A stretch of 64,000 nt of DNA from Candidatus Poribacteria bacterium (GCA_965116925.1 OZ220744.1:4032001-4096000), one strand, 5' to 3'. Numbered from the stretch's first letter, positions 27,322-37,342 are shown. A program made the numbers and translations. The notes: generated by a model not told the origin, from the letters alone.

Positions 27322-28593
27322 ATGTACAAACGTCATCGGATCGCCCTAGCGGGATGCGGCGGTATGGGACGCCGGCACCTGCGTGGGTATCGTACCCTAG
27401 AGGATTTTGAGCCCGGACGCATTGGAGTTGTCGCAGTGATTGATCCGGAATTGGAACGTGCCGAATTTGTGGCTGGCGAAGCGGAGGAGTTTTTTGGTGA
27501 TCGCCCTCAAGTGTACCGTTCACTTGAGGACGCCATCGCAGGCGCGAGTGAAATAGAGGTACTGGACATCGTTGCTGCGGCCTCCGCACATCACTCGATT
27601 GCTGGAGTTGCAGCGGAAAATGGTGTGCACGTGCTGTGCGAGAAACCGATGGCACCCACCGTAGCAGCGTGCCGGACAATGCAAGCCGCTGCTCAGCAGC
27701 ACGGCACTGTGCTCTCCATAGCAGAGAACTACCGGCGCGACCCGGTAAGCCGCCTAGCGAAGGCATTGCTTGAGGCGGGTGCTATCGGCGACATCCGCAC
27801 TGTCCTAGATTTTGCTGCGGGTGGCGGTCGTAGCGCGTCCGCTGGCGGGTGGCAATATCTTCGCAAACAAGGTGGATCTATTCTGGAATCTGGCGTTCAC
27901 AACGCTGACATGCAGATATACTTGGCTGGTCCTGTCAGTCAGGTAACGGGCAAGGTTCGTCTTCAGGAACATGAGCGTATCTTCAAAGGGACGCGCGTAA
28001 AGGGATTTCACGATCACTACGCGCATACCTATCCCGATATTCAGACAGCAGATGCCCCTGACCTTATGATGGCAACCCTTGAATTTGAAAGCGATGCGTT
28101 GGGGCAGTGGCTATATGATAAGGCAGCGCACGGTCCTGGATTCCGTCGTTTCACGATTTTTGGCAGCGACGGTCAGATCGATTTGCCGTCGGTGCGTACG
28201 GGTCAGCCGTTACGTCTCTTTCGGGACGACCACGATGGTGTGCTTGATGACGATGATGTGCTGGCACTCGTTCCAGATTTTGCGCTTGATGATCGTACCG
28301 CTCGGTTTTTCGGTGGTGAACGACTCGCACGCTACGGTCAGTCAGGATCGGGTGTGGGTGGTGGTGGCGACTTAAACATCCTCGCCATGGAACTCGCGGA
28401 ACTTTTGGACGCCATCGACAATGGAACGCCAGTCGAGGTTGGGGCAGAGGAAGGGTTGTTAGCTGTTGCCCTTGTGATGGCTTGCCATGAATCCTCTGAG
28501 GCGGGCCGGATTGTCCGCATGGAGGAGGTCGTCGGTGGGAGACTCAACACCTACCAGAATGTCGCAAATCGGGAGTTGGGAATTGAGGTTTGA
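27322..28593 (+). CDS. Gfo/Idh/MocA oxidoreductase
   Basis: LAGCGGMG, HVLCEKPMA, AENYRR, GGSILESGVH..D. Confidence 0.92.
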   Translation: MYKRHRIALAGCGGMGRRHLRGYRTLEDFEPGRIGVVAVIDPELERAEFVAGEAEEFFGDRPQVYRSLEDAIAGASEIEVLDIVAAASAHHSIAGVAAENGVHVLCEKPMAPTVAACRTMQAAAQQHGTVLSIAENYRRDPVSRLAKALLEAGAIGDIRTVLDFAAGGGRSASAGGWQYLRKQGGSILESGVHNADMQIYLAGPVSQVTGKVRLQEHERIFKGTRVKGFHDHYAHTYPDIQTADAPDLMMATLEFESDALGQWLYDKAAHGPGFRRFTIFGSDGQIDLPSVRTGQPLRLFRDDHDGVLDDDDVLALVPDFALDDRTARFFGGERLARYGQSGSGVGGGGDLNILAMELAELLDAIDNGTPVEVGAEEGLLAVALVMACHESSEAGRIVRMEEVVGGRLNTYQNVANRELGIEV

Positions 28594-28604
28594 AGCGTTG
28601 ATTA

Positions 28605-28885
28605 TAGTGAATGCTAAAAATAAATATAGGACTTACGCAGCGGGTTCATAAGTCCCCCTGATTTCTAAAGTCCCCCTGACAAGGGGGATTTAGGGGGTTG
28701 GGGGATTTAGGGGGTTAAAAATCGAAAATCTACCCCCCGTGCGCTAAATTTGCGTAAGTCCTAAAATAAACACTTTTGCCCCTGGTAGGTGCGGTTAGGA
28801 AACTGTACCGAATTCACTCCAACCCGGTAGGTGCGGTTTGCAACCGCACCGGTTTGGCGTGTCTCATTAATTCTAGGATCCACTA
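28605..28885. mobile_element. MITE with TAGTG..CACTA ends flanked by TA, containing a nested MITE
   Basis: TA|TAGTGAAT...GATCCACTA|TA; homologous in reverse orientation to 51930-52148; carries GGTAGGTGCGGTT hairpins. Confidence 0.7.
28627..28763. mobile_element. MITE, TAGGACTTACGCA TIR family
   Basis: Perfect 13-bp TIR TAGGACTTACGCA/TGCGTAAGTCCTA, 5-bp TSD AAATA. Confidence 0.9.
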
Positions 28886-29038
28886 TAAATCAAAAAATTG
28901 CTCGGCATTCGAGTTTCACAGCTTTCGATAATCAGGAAAGTGGTGGATAGCGTCTTTTAACTTAACCGTGCGTTTGGCTAGAATCTAATACCTCGCCCTG
29001 AGGGAAAAAGCCTAACGCCCAAACATGGAGGTACTAGC

Positions 29039-29611
29039 ATGAATTCATCTGATGAACAAATCATCTTTGAAGATAATTTCGACGGCCAACTCGATGAAGG
29101 TTGGTCGTGGCTGCGGGAGGATTCGGACGATTGGCGTCTACGGGACGGAGGACTGGAAATTTGCGTTCGACCCGGCGTAGCAGATACAGTCAGAAATGCG
29201 TTGTTGCGAACTGCGCCAGACCGCAGCGATGGCACTTATGCCATCGAAGTGACTATCACCAACCATACCCTTCCCACCCAACAGTACGAACAGGCGGGAA
29301 TTACGTGGTATAACGATGGCAAACCGGTTTTCAAGGAGGTCAAGGAACTCATCGACGGCGATCTTTACATCATCCCCGGTAGAGCAGCGATGGCAGCGAA
29401 GAGCGTCCGACTGCGCTTGATAGTTACTGCGGATTCGTGGGAGGCGCAGTATTGCCCTTCAGATAGCACAGAGTTCCAAACAGCGGCAACGGGTGAACTG
29501 CCTTCACCGGGTGATGACCAAGTGAGCATCCAGTGCTACAATGGTCCCCCGGAGGGCGAACATTGGATTCGCTTCGAGAATTTTTGTATTAAGCTTATCA
29601 ACTCCAATTAG
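29039..29611 (+). CDS. ConA-like beta-sandwich protein (DUF1349-like)
   Basis: FDGQLDEGWSWLRE, QYEQAGI; GGAGG RBS. Confidence 0.7.
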   Translation: MNSSDEQIIFEDNFDGQLDEGWSWLREDSDDWRLRDGGLEICVRPGVADTVRNALLRTAPDRSDGTYAIEVTITNHTLPTQQYEQAGITWYNDGKPVFKEVKELIDGDLYIIPGRAAMAAKSVRLRLIVTADSWEAQYCPSDSTEFQTAATGELPSPGDDQVSIQCYNGPPEGEHWIRFENFCIKLINSN

Positions 29612-29780
29612 TCGGGATAATTTTCGCAGTGACAATGCGGTTTGTACCTCTGTAACCTCGCCGGCGTTAGCACTCTTTTTCGGTTGAAGCCGTTGATGGT
29701 TGTGATATAATTTGTTGGAACCTATAGAAACGTGATGACCTGCAATACGTTTTTTTACCTTGAGAAGGAGGGAATCGAAA

Positions 29781-30755
29781 ATGGTAAAGATCGCTTTAGC
29801 CCTTGGACCGGAACCGACCCCTGTTTGGACATTAGCTCGGCAAGCCGGTGTTGAGTATGTGGTTGGCGGTTTGGACTTGAATCCGATACCGAACGCAAGC
29901 GATGAACAACAGCCGTGGAGTTACGTGTCGCTTGCCCGTCTGAAAGCTACATACGAGGATAGCGGATTTAATCTACAGGTGATTGAGAGCCGTCCCCCGA
30001 TGGAGAAAATAAAACTCGGTTTGCCGGGACGGGATGAAGAAATCGATGTTATCTGCGAATTTATTCGCAACATGGGGGCATTGGAGATTCCGGTGTGGTG
30101 CCCCGCGTGGATGCCTATTCTTTTTGTCCTTCGGACATCTGTCACAATTCCTTCACGCGGTGGGTCTCAGGTCAGTGGCTATGACCATGATTACATGAAG
30201 AACGCACCTCTGACCGAGCATGGTGTCATTACCGAAGAGCAGCAATGGGCGAACCTGAAGTATTTTCTGGAGCGTGTGGTGCCGGTTGCGGAAAAAGCTG
30301 ATGTCAAATTGGCGATGCATCCGGATGATCCACCGCTGTCGCCCATCCGAGGGGTCGCCCGAATCATGAGCAGTGTGGAGAATTATCAGAAACTGATAGA
30401 TCTGGTGCCAAGTCCTGTCAACGGGATTGGCCTTTGTCAGGGTAACTTCTCTCTGATGACCGACAATCTGCCTGAAGTAATTCGGCATTTCGGAGGACAG
30501 GATAAGATTTTCTTTGTTCACTTCCGAGATGTGCAAGGAACACCTGATAAGTTCGTTGAAGCATTCCATGACGATGGACAGGCTGACATGGCAGAGTGTG
30601 TACGCGCCTACCGTGATGTTGGCTATGCAGGAGTCGCACGTCCAGACCATTTCCCGAAAATGGGCGATGCTAGCATCCCGGATGAGCATAGTATGGAACG
30701 GCTCTTTGCCATCGGTTATATGAAGGGATTGATTGAAGCGGTCTATACCGAATAG
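29781..30755 (+). CDS. uxuA: Mannonate dehydratase family protein
   Basis: KIKLGLPGRDEEI, LAMHPDDPP, LCQGN, FVHFRDV, RPDH, RLFAIGYMKGL. Confidence 0.9.
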   Translation: MVKIALALGPEPTPVWTLARQAGVEYVVGGLDLNPIPNASDEQQPWSYVSLARLKATYEDSGFNLQVIESRPPMEKIKLGLPGRDEEIDVICEFIRNMGALEIPVWCPAWMPILFVLRTSVTIPSRGGSQVSGYDHDYMKNAPLTEHGVITEEQQWANLKYFLERVVPVAEKADVKLAMHPDDPPLSPIRGVARIMSSVENYQKLIDLVPSPVNGIGLCQGNFSLMTDNLPEVIRHFGGQDKIFFVHFRDVQGTPDKFVEAFHDDGQADMAECVRAYRDVGYAGVARPDHFPKMGDASIPDEHSMERLFAIGYMKGLIEAVYTE

Positions 30756-30817
30756 GATTGGCGGTGCCTAATAAATTGCGTGTCTCATGGACGCGAATGA
30801 GGACAGTAAAAGAAAAA

Positions 30818-30909
30818 GGCTCATGTTAAGAAAGTGTGCAACAGAAACCGAGTTTTGAGGAAAAAACTCGGTTTCTCCTCGTGCTTTGTACTTTCTTTTC
30901 ATATGAGCC
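30818..30909. mobile_element. MITE, GGCTCATGTTAA-type TIR family (best preserved copy)
   Basis: Ends GGCTCATGTTAA...TTCATATGAGCC; perfect 8-bp TSD AAGAAAAA. Confidence 0.85.
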
Positions 30910-30935
30910 AAGAAAAATAGATAAAGGAGGCATGT

Positions 30936-31781
30936 ATGGACACTGCATGTTTGGATTACTGTCTAACTGAAGATGAACGGCTTGACTTTGAGCGTAACGG
31001 TTTTCTAATCGTCCCTGATGCGCTGACACCACAGATGACCTCTGACATTGAGGCGGTGGTGGACCGGATCGACACCCACCACCGGGCGGAGGAAAAGATG
31101 GAGAGTCACGAGTGGGTGCACAAGTTGGATTTTGTGGGACAGGATGAAGTTTTTCTGGATCTGCTCGATTGGCATAAGACATTCCCAAAAGTGTGGGGGA
31201 TACTCGGTTGGAACATCCAGCTTTACCTCACCCATATGGATGTCACACCTCCACCGCCGTCCGACGCAGCACAGGAGAAGCAGCGGTTGGGCTGGCATCA
31301 GGACAGTGGACGTTTGAACGCCGAGTTGGAAACTGATCCCCGTCCACGAGTTTCGGTCAAGATTGGCTATTTCCTTACCGATACGACTGAAACGGGTCGG
31401 GGGAATTTCTACGTCATACCGGGAAGCCACCTCCAGAACAAATTAGAGTTTCCGCCCGATGATGTTTCAGATCCGGAAGGGGCAACCCCGGTGTGTGTCC
31501 CACCCGGCACAGCAGTCATTTTCGATCGGCGTATCTGGCATTCCCGAAGCCCGAATGAATCGGATATTACGCGCAAGGTGCTATTCTATGGCTATAGCTA
31601 CCGATGGCTCCGTCCGAGAGATGACATGACTGTTGGAAACTTTATTGACCGCTGTGATCCAATTCGACGGCAGTTACTGGGATTTAGCACCAGTTGGCAC
31701 GGCTATACCTCTCCGACTGATGAGGATGTTCCGTTGAGATTGTGGCTCGCCGAACACCTTGGAGAGGAGGCAGTCGCCTGA
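30936..31781 (+). CDS. PhyH family Fe(II)/2-oxoglutarate dioxygenase
   Basis: FERNGFL, WHQD, IPGSH, WHSRSPN.S...RK. Confidence 0.92.
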   Translation: MDTACLDYCLTEDERLDFERNGFLIVPDALTPQMTSDIEAVVDRIDTHHRAEEKMESHEWVHKLDFVGQDEVFLDLLDWHKTFPKVWGILGWNIQLYLTHMDVTPPPPSDAAQEKQRLGWHQDSGRLNAELETDPRPRVSVKIGYFLTDTTETGRGNFYVIPGSHLQNKLEFPPDDVSDPEGATPVCVPPGTAVIFDRRIWHSRSPNESDITRKVLFYGYSYRWLRPRDDMTVGNFIDRCDPIRRQLLGFSTSWHGYTSPTDEDVPLRLWLAEHLGEEAVA

Positions 31782-31826
31782 CCGTTATCTGGTGTCAAGC
31801 GTGTAAGTTCTTGAAGGTACGCAAAT

Positions 31827-32381
31827 ATGGGACAAATCAGATCTCACCCACCTGTTAAGCTGATTGTTGGAATTATTACGGCAATTCCAGATTCACTCTC
31901 CGTCGTACACCAACGATTGTCAGAGCAGTTTGGACGGGTCGATTTTGCCAGCGATTTGCTGCCTTTTGATTATACCAATTACTATGAAGCGGAGATGGGA
32001 AAGGATCTAAAGCGTCAGTTCGTGAGTTTTGAGAGACTTATCCCCGCTGAGGAGCTTGCGTCCGCTAAGCACTTCTCTAATATGGTCGAATGTGAGTTTG
32101 CGAAGGGGGATACAGCTTCCCGTCCAATTAATCTTGATCCGGGCTATATTTCGGCGGCAAAGTTGGTTCTCGCTTCGACGAAGGACCATGCACACCGCAT
32201 CTATCTCCAAGATGGCATTTATGCCGAGATTACGCTCAAATTTTACCGTAAGACCTTCCAGCCTTGGGAATGGACTTATCCGGATTATCGGACATCCACC
32301 TACATCGACATCTTTAATAATATCCGTCGTATCTACATGGAACAACTGAAAGGAATCGGGTTGAATCCGCACCCGTTTTAA
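31827..32381 (+). CDS. DUF4416 family protein
   Basis: YYEAEMG, RPINLDPGY, LASTKDHAHRIYL, WTYPDY. Confidence 0.9.
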   Translation: MGQIRSHPPVKLIVGIITAIPDSLSVVHQRLSEQFGRVDFASDLLPFDYTNYYEAEMGKDLKRQFVSFERLIPAEELASAKHFSNMVECEFAKGDTASRPINLDPGYISAAKLVLASTKDHAHRIYLQDGIYAEITLKFYRKTFQPWEWTYPDYRTSTYIDIFNNIRRIYMEQLKGIGLNPHPF

Positions 32382-32383
32382 CG

Positions 32384-33568
32384 ATGAAAACAAAAATCTG
32401 GTCCACCTCTATTTGGTCGTTTGTTTATGTGATTCTGGTCGTTTGTTACGCGTCTCAAGCCTTCCCGTGGGGAAGCAACGCACACGAACGAATGACTAAC
32501 GCCGCCTGTGATTCGCTGCCTTCAGAAATTTCCCCGTTTTTCGATAAACACCGCCAAAAACTCGCCTATCACTCGAACGATCCCGATCGGTGGAGAAGGG
32601 TGCTGCTGTTTCGGATTGGGTTGAAGTACGAAGAAAATTTGAACAGTGGGCAGTTTACCGAGGATTTGCGCCAAGTGTTTGAGACGCACGGAGTTGACTT
32701 CCCACAAGACGCCCCAGTCTCGCTTCGTGGAAAAAATAGAAGATGGTACGTAACGATAGGTGAACAGGAGTACCCGATTCGGAAAGAGGCGGATAAGCTG
32801 TATCTGTTGGGAGATAAAGCGGACATTTTTGAAGATCGAAGTGCGGAGCCGGTGCTGCTTGGTTCTGAAGGGGACACCCATTTTGTCCTTGATACACAGG
32901 AGAAACTGTTATCCTTGACTAGTCTTAATGTCTACAAAACAGGCGATCCCGCCGAAGGTCCGCGGCATTTTCTCGATATTGATATCTACGGTCCCTATCC
33001 GTTTGTGGAACTTCCCCACGACTATGATGAGGCTGTTGCGAAATTTGGCGTGGAGGCTGTTACAAAACGCGGCTTGGCGACGTGGCGTATCGCTGACTAC
33101 ACACAACTGCTATCTGAGGCAATGAAATCGGGAGACGCCGAAAAAATTGTACAGACCGCCGGTGCACTCGCCCACTACATTGAGGACATTCACATGCCGT
33201 TGCATGTTGTCAAAAATTACAATGGGCAGTTGACCAACCAACATGGTGTGCACCAACGCTTTGAGGACGATATGGTGGATGCTTATGCAGAACAGATCCC
33301 CCTCACACCGAAGATGGCGTCGGAAATTGAAGACCCGTTGGAATATGCTTTTGACATCGTACTTGACAGCTATGTATACGCCGACAATCTTCTTCATGCC
33401 GACCGCAGGGCAAAGTTAGGCGAAGATACCTACGGCACATCGTATCTGGAAAAGCTGTTCCAATTCAGTGGTTGGATAGCGGTGCAACGCATGAGTGACG
33501 CAGCAACCGCGACCGCAAGCTACTGGTATACTGCATGGCTTCTCGCCGGGAAACCTGAATTGAAGTGA
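32384..33568 (+). CDS. Secreted S1/P1 nuclease / zinc-dependent phospholipase C-like protein with an internal insertion
   Basis: Mature N-terminus WG..AH, PD, RHFLDID, HYIEDIHMPLH, GVHQRFE. Confidence 0.85.
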   Translation: MKTKIWSTSIWSFVYVILVVCYASQAFPWGSNAHERMTNAACDSLPSEISPFFDKHRQKLAYHSNDPDRWRRVLLFRIGLKYEENLNSGQFTEDLRQVFETHGVDFPQDAPVSLRGKNRRWYVTIGEQEYPIRKEADKLYLLGDKADIFEDRSAEPVLLGSEGDTHFVLDTQEKLLSLTSLNVYKTGDPAEGPRHFLDIDIYGPYPFVELPHDYDEAVAKFGVEAVTKRGLATWRIADYTQLLSEAMKSGDAEKIVQTAGALAHYIEDIHMPLHVVKNYNGQLTNQHGVHQRFEDDMVDAYAEQIPLTPKMASEIEDPLEYAFDIVLDSYVYADNLLHADRRAKLGEDTYGTSYLEKLFQFSGWIAVQRMSDAATATASYWYTAWLLAGKPELK

Positions 33569-33608
33569 AGTATAATAGCGAGGGAACAAATTGATAAAAA
33601 GACAAAAC

Positions 33609-34757
33609 ATGAGATTATGGTTCTGCTTGTGCTTATGTTTGATATCGGGCTGGATACCTGCTAACTCCGATCAAGGTGGTGGCGTTCCCGAAGGCAGGGC
33701 ACGGGCACGGGATCTCGGTATTAAAATCGGTATCTACGAGCCCGGTAAACACAATGCAATCACGGATGTCGCAGGGGTGAAGGTGGGGCATGTCACGTTG
33801 AAAGCCGGCGATAATGTTCGGACAGGTGTTACTGCTGTCATTCCACGCGACGATATCTGGACACATAAGTTGTTTGGTGCGGGTTATGCGATCAACGGTA
33901 ACGGTGAGGCGACAGGATTGGCGTGGGCTAATGAAGCGGGGTGGATCGAGTCCCCAATTATGCTGACGAATACACTCAGCGTTGGACCTGTCCACGATGG
34001 CGTTGTGCGGTACATGATCAAACGTTACCCGGATAACCACATCATTCTGCCAATCGTTGCAGAATGCTATGACGGTGGACTGAATGACATCAGCGGGCTG
34101 CACGTCACCGCAGAACACGCAGTTCAGGCGATAGAAAATGCTGTAGATGGTCCTGTTGTAGAGGGATGCGTTGGCGCAGGTACAGGAATGCGGTGCTACA
34201 GTTTTAAGGCAGGTATCGGTACATCTTCACGGGTGTTGCCCGCAAATCGCGGGGGATATACAGTCGGAGTGTTGGTTAATTCCAACGGTGGGCGGCGCCA
34301 TCAACTACAGATCGGTGGCGTTCCTGTCGGCAGAGAAATTACAGAGCTCACGCCAGAGTGGGGTCGAGATGGCTCGTTCATCATCGTTGTCGCAACGGAC
34401 GCCCCCTTAGTGCATCGTCAACTGATGCAACTCGCCAAGCGGGTGACACATGGACTTGCCCGTACCGGCACACCGAGTACCGTTAGCAGCGGCGAATTTG
34501 TAATTGCTTTTTCGACCGCTAACACGATTTCGCGTCGGACGGACGATGGGACATTTCCTATCACGATGCTTGCCAATCGTCGGATGGATGCGCTGTATCA
34601 AGCCGTCATTGAAGCAACAGAGGAGGCAATCCTCAACTCTATGACCACAGCAGTGACCACAGTTGGTAGAAATGGGAACACGATCTATGCCATCCCTTTG
34701 GATCGGTTACAAGCTGTGATGAAACAATATGGACAGCTTGGGTCTGAAGGCAATTGA
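33609..34757 (+). CDS. DmpA/P1 (S58) family aminopeptidase
   Basis: RARDLGI, NAITDVAGVKVGH, GCVGAGTG, GIGTSSR, DGSFIIVVATDAP autoproteolysis site. Confidence 0.92.
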   Translation: MRLWFCLCLCLISGWIPANSDQGGGVPEGRARARDLGIKIGIYEPGKHNAITDVAGVKVGHVTLKAGDNVRTGVTAVIPRDDIWTHKLFGAGYAINGNGEATGLAWANEAGWIESPIMLTNTLSVGPVHDGVVRYMIKRYPDNHIILPIVAECYDGGLNDISGLHVTAEHAVQAIENAVDGPVVEGCVGAGTGMRCYSFKAGIGTSSRVLPANRGGYTVGVLVNSNGGRRHQLQIGGVPVGREITELTPEWGRDGSFIIVVATDAPLVHRQLMQLAKRVTHGLARTGTPSTVSSGEFVIAFSTANTISRRTDDGTFPITMLANRRMDALYQAVIEATEEAILNSMTTAVTTVGRNGNTIYAIPLDRLQAVMKQYGQLGSEGN

Positions 34758-34761
34758 AGCA

Positions 34762-35781
34762 TTAAAGCGTATCGCCCGTCAACTTGTTTAGATTTTGTCG
34801 CTGCTCGTTATCTGCGATGACGATCAAGCCGTCGCCAGCCTCCAACCTCAATCCACCAGAAGGGTTATAGATAAAATCCCCACTCCGCTTATGCACTGCG
34901 ACAACCATCAGGTTCGTTCGATCTGGAATGCGTGCTTCTTCTAGAGTGAGCCCCACTAATGGGGTCCCGACTTGGATGATGGATTCAGCAAAGCGGGTTG
35001 TCTCTTGACTCCGGAGCATAATGTCGAGAAAGTTGACCACGATTGGACGTGTAACTGTCGAAGCCAGCCGCATACCGCCGATATGGTCTGCTAAGACAAC
35101 CTCATCTGCGCCCGCCTGTTTTAGTTTGGAAAGCGAATTGGCTTCAACCGCTTTAGAGGCAATTTTCAATTCCGGATTCAGTTGCTTCGCAGATAGGACA
35201 ACAAATAGGTTATCTTGATCGCGTGACAATGAAGTAATCAATCCACGTGCTCGTTCAACACCCGCACGAATCAAAACCTCGTCTTCCGTTGCATCCCCAT
35301 GAACATACAGGAAACTTTTCGTTTCCAGCAAATGATCGATCCGTTCCTGCTCAAACTCAATAGCAACGAAATCCATGTTCATTTGGAGCATTTCTTCGAG
35401 CGCATGAACTCCCGTATCCCCTATGCCACAAACAATATAATGGTTTGAAAGTTTATTGATTGATTTTTCCATCTTCCTTCGTCGAAACACCTCTCGGAAT
35501 TGGCCTTCAATAACAAAGGCGGTCGCAACACCGATACTATACACAAAGATACCAAGTCCACCAATTAATAGAAAAACGGTGAAAGCCCTTCCTACCTTGG
35601 ACATATTGTCATCGGAGTATCCGACTGTCGTCAATGTAATGACAGTCATGAAAATTGCATCAAACACTGTCCATTTATGGTGTGGATTATCCCCTTCGAT
35701 CATCCAATATCCGACAACCCCGATGGCAAAAAGGACGACCAGCGAAATAATCGCGATGATGAAGTTTCGTTGATACCTCAA
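34762..35781 (-). CDS. Potassium channel protein with TrkA-N and TrkA-C (RCK) domains
   Basis: ITLTTVGY filter, HYIVCG.G, GDATEDEVL..AG. Confidence 0.92.
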   Translation of the reverse strand: MRYQRNFIIAIISLVVLFAIGVVGYWMIEGDNPHHKWTVFDAIFMTVITLTTVGYSDDNMSKVGRAFTVFLLIGGLGIFVYSIGVATAFVIEGQFREVFRRRKMEKSINKLSNHYIVCGIGDTGVHALEEMLQMNMDFVAIEFEQERIDHLLETKSFLYVHGDATEDEVLIRAGVERARGLITSLSRDQDNLFVVLSAKQLNPELKIASKAVEANSLSKLKQAGADEVVLADHIGGMRLASTVTRPIVVNFLDIMLRSQETTRFAESIIQVGTPLVGLTLEEARIPDRTNLMVVAVHKRSGDFIYNPSGGLRLEAGDGLIVIADNEQRQNLNKLTGDTL

Positions 35782-36385
35782 GAGATATTCCCCTCAATTA
35801 TGAACAGTTCCGTGCAGTAGGGAAGGCAGACTTTGCCTATGCGTCCCTGGTCCTTTAGAACCATATAGTTGATGCAAAACGGGTTATAGTCCGCTCCGAT
35901 ATTTAGTTTCAGTGATGACGGTCCAATCAGTTTGCGCTGCAATAGATTTTCGATCATCAATTCCATGATACAGCAATCAACACACTATTTGAGTCAACGT
36001 CAAGGAGGGGAGCGGGGTTTCTGAAACCCCTACATCAATCGGTCATTAGACTTTGTTCGTCTTTTGGAGTAAACTTCATCATATATCAAAGCGTCAATTA
36101 GTAATGGTAAGTAATTGTGTCCCCTTAACGACTGTGTTGCGAAAATGATACGGAGTAAAGTGTAAAGTGCTAATTGCCGATGTCCCACCGATTGCGCTTT
36201 CGCGAGTTATTTTCGAGGATGCATTTCTTTGTTTCTATAATGGCACAAGATTTGCTAAAATATCGCTATGATTTTCGGGTGATAAAGGGATCGTATAGAT
36301 CTATATTGAAGTCTCTGATTTTTTCAAATATCTTGACGAAAAAATTGTCAGGACGAAGCGATATTACTTAAAGGAGTGAACAAAA

Positions 36386-37141
36386 ATGCTATCCCGTAAG
36401 TTCCAACTCAACCTCCTCATCCTTTCCATGTTTCTTTTTGCTGGTTTTACCAATTCCAGTCATGCGGAAGTGGAAAGTGTTAAAATCCACCTTTTTGGGT
36501 TCGTCAATGGTGATGATGCCCGACAGATCCGACGTTTATTAAAACCGTGGGCTAATCCGGAAGATGTGAGTTTCTACGCGCCTGTCGATAAAAAGGGGCG
36601 CAAACGTCATTTTACAACCATCGTTGAAGTTACCCCACGACGGGGTAAGAATCCGTACAATGAGGGTCGTACTTTTGACATTTATGACATTATCCGTCAA
36701 CTGAACGATCAACGCTTTCGCGGCAGTCAAAGCGGGAGCAAAGCTTGGGTTACCAAATCTGAAGCGACAGTCACTGGCAATATCTACGCGCATCCGGGCT
36801 TTTCACGGAGCTACATACGCAACGTTCCTTTTTGGCGACGTTGGCGTGCTGACACATCAGAGATCAATCATGCGATGGTTGTGAGTCCGGATCAGAAGGT
36901 CGTCTTTAGTGATGGTGATAAATTTGATGAGTTAATACAAGAGGCAAACCAAGGCGTTAATGGGGTTGAAGTCAAAGGACAGATTGTAGGCTTTGATGGG
37001 GTTTACCCCGTTATATCTGTCCGAGATTTTCGGGTCGAGTACCTAGTTGAACCGAATACGCAAGAGACCGCCGAAGAGGCAGAGGAGACCCCAAAACAAG
37101 AACCTGAGTATCTCAAAGAGACTAAAGATACTGACAAATAG
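36386..37141 (+). CDS. Secreted hypothetical protein
   Basis: AAGGAG RBS, signal peptide ending SHA, acidic tail. Confidence 0.75.
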   Translation: MLSRKFQLNLLILSMFLFAGFTNSSHAEVESVKIHLFGFVNGDDARQIRRLLKPWANPEDVSFYAPVDKKGRKRHFTTIVEVTPRRGKNPYNEGRTFDIYDIIRQLNDQRFRGSQSGSKAWVTKSEATVTGNIYAHPGFSRSYIRNVPFWRRWRADTSEINHAMVVSPDQKVVFSDGDKFDELIQEANQGVNGVEVKGQIVGFDGVYPVISVRDFRVEYLVEPNTQETAEEAEETPKQEPEYLKETKDTDK

Positions 37142-37236
37142 ACACGACACCGACTATATAGTAACGAGTTACGATATATGAGGGGTTGGGAACACTACGA
37201 CGAGCACGGAATCGTACTTCCTAACCCCTCAATTTA

Positions 37237-37292
37237 TTAATTGGCTGTATGCGTGCGATTTAGTAGTTAATTGACCGTATGCGTGCAATTTA
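37237..37292. repeat. 26-bp imperfect direct repeat, period 30
   Basis: TTAATTGGCTGTATGCGTGCGATTTA and TTAATTGACCGTATGCGTGCAATTTA. Confidence 0.7.
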
Positions 37293-37342
37293 ACCTTGAA
37301 CAGGTTGGGCTGTTCGTTAATTTGATGGTTTAGGAGAATGAT

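Noticed and set aside
35778..35966. 62-aa ORF upstream of the potassium channel
   Set aside because: No clear RBS or recognisable motif; may be a decayed gene but cannot be supported
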